Source: Euglena gracilis
Lineage: Eukaryota
Direction: 5' to 3'
Assembly: GCA_039621445.1 (NCBI GenBank)
Contig: CP154954.1
Coordinates: 22,146,954-22,210,953, forward strand
DNA length: 64,000 nucleotides
The notes beneath the pieces are model-generated. The model had not been told where the DNA came from, made no database searches, and worked only from the letters and a program-made list of their open reading frames with translations. Positions 1 through 64,000 of this stretch are shown piece after piece. Made by a program: the position numbers and the translations under genes. Position 1 is the first letter of the stretch, and each line of letters begins with the position of its first letter.

Positions 1-62948
<62,948 letters not shown>

Positions 62949-63057
62949 CTGCGGAAGGCGGGGCAAGGCGGGGGGGGGGGTTGGGGGGTTCTTGCGATGG
63001 CAACACACCGCTCTGGCTCTGTGACCAGGCACCTATGGTCACTTCCCATTTTGGTGC

Positions 63058-64000
63058 TCTGGTCGGCCCTGGTCGGCCCTGGTCGGCCCTGGTCGGCCCT
63101 GGTCGGCCCTGGTCGGCAAATAGTCGGCCATAGGTGGGGGTATCCGTCACAGAAAAAAAGATTGTGAAAAATGACCCAAAATTACCAAAAGGGCACAAAA
63201 TGGCCAAAATGCCATAAAATATGCTCATATTGACCCAATTAGCCCAATATTTGCCAAATCAGTGACTGCGGTCGGCTGAAAATGGCTAAAAATGGCCAAA
63301 AGTGGGCAAAGGCCAAAGAAAAGCTGTTTTGGCCACTGTTTTTGCAAATTCAGAAGCTGCACCTGGCGCAAAATGCTCAAAAATGGTCAAATTGGACCAA
63401 AAAGAGACCAAAAAATGGACAAAATTACAAAAAAAGGTCGAAAATGGCTTTAAATGGTCAAAAATGGCCCAAGAGCGGGACAAAATGGCCCAAAATTACA
63501 AGAAGTGCGCAAAAAAATGGCCAAAAATGGTCAAAATAGGTCAAAATTGGCGAATTATGGTTACAAAAAGGGCCAAAAGCGATTATGGTTACAAAAAAAG
63601 GGGACAAAAGGGACCTAAAAGGACCAAAAGTGGCCAAAAGTGGCCAAAAGTGACAACATGAGCCAGATGAGCCAGAAAAATCTCAAAATCTGGGATAAAA
63701 ATGAGCCTAATTCCTCATTCTCACTGAAAACTTGACATCAATTAGAAAAAAGTTGCGCGGTCAGCTGCGGTCGGCTGCGGTTGGCTGTGGTCGGCTGCGG
63801 TCGGCTGCGGTAACCCGCGGTCGATGCTGCCGGGCCAGCATCGCCCAGCATCGCCCAGCATCGCCCAGCATCATCAGAGGTGCTTGGTCCAGAGGGAAAG
63901 CTGCTGAATTCCTTCATCCATTCCCCTTCCGTCGGCCAACCACATGCAAGTCGGCCCTGGTCGGCCCTGGTCGGCCCTGGTCGGCCCTGGTCGGCCCTGG
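63058..64000. repeat. Region with (GGTCGGCCCT)n, (GCGGTCGGCT)n and (GCCCAGCATC)n decamer arrays and aaatggccaaa repeats; probable transposon end
   Basis: Decamer arrays at 63058-63116, ~63765-63810, ~63835-63872 and 63949-64000. Confidence 0.75.

Overview
This is eukaryotic genomic DNA: short GC-rich exons separated by introns packed with microsatellites and MITEs. The style suggests a euglenid-type protist, which is an inference only. The whole window appears to lie inside one minus-strand gene that runs off both ends. About 50-60 short exons splice largely in phase through GT/GC..AG junctions. They encode three, possibly four, large tandem super-repeats, each an ankyrin-like pair followed by a long divergent beta-propeller-like region. 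A 3-exon cassette of this gene is tandemly duplicated (~2.4 kb unit) between (CA)n tracts. The introns hold an internally deleted hAT transposon whose transposase has two 43-44 nt introns, a 2.9-kb TIR element with Mutator-like remnants, at least seven hAT-type MITEs with 8-bp TSDs, TSD-less GTAAACCC foldback elements and a telomere-repeat-tipped foldback. Exon boundaries were read by eye from splice signals and phase continuity and need RNA-seq confirmation. Most ORFs in the supplied track are microsatellite or shadow ORFs.
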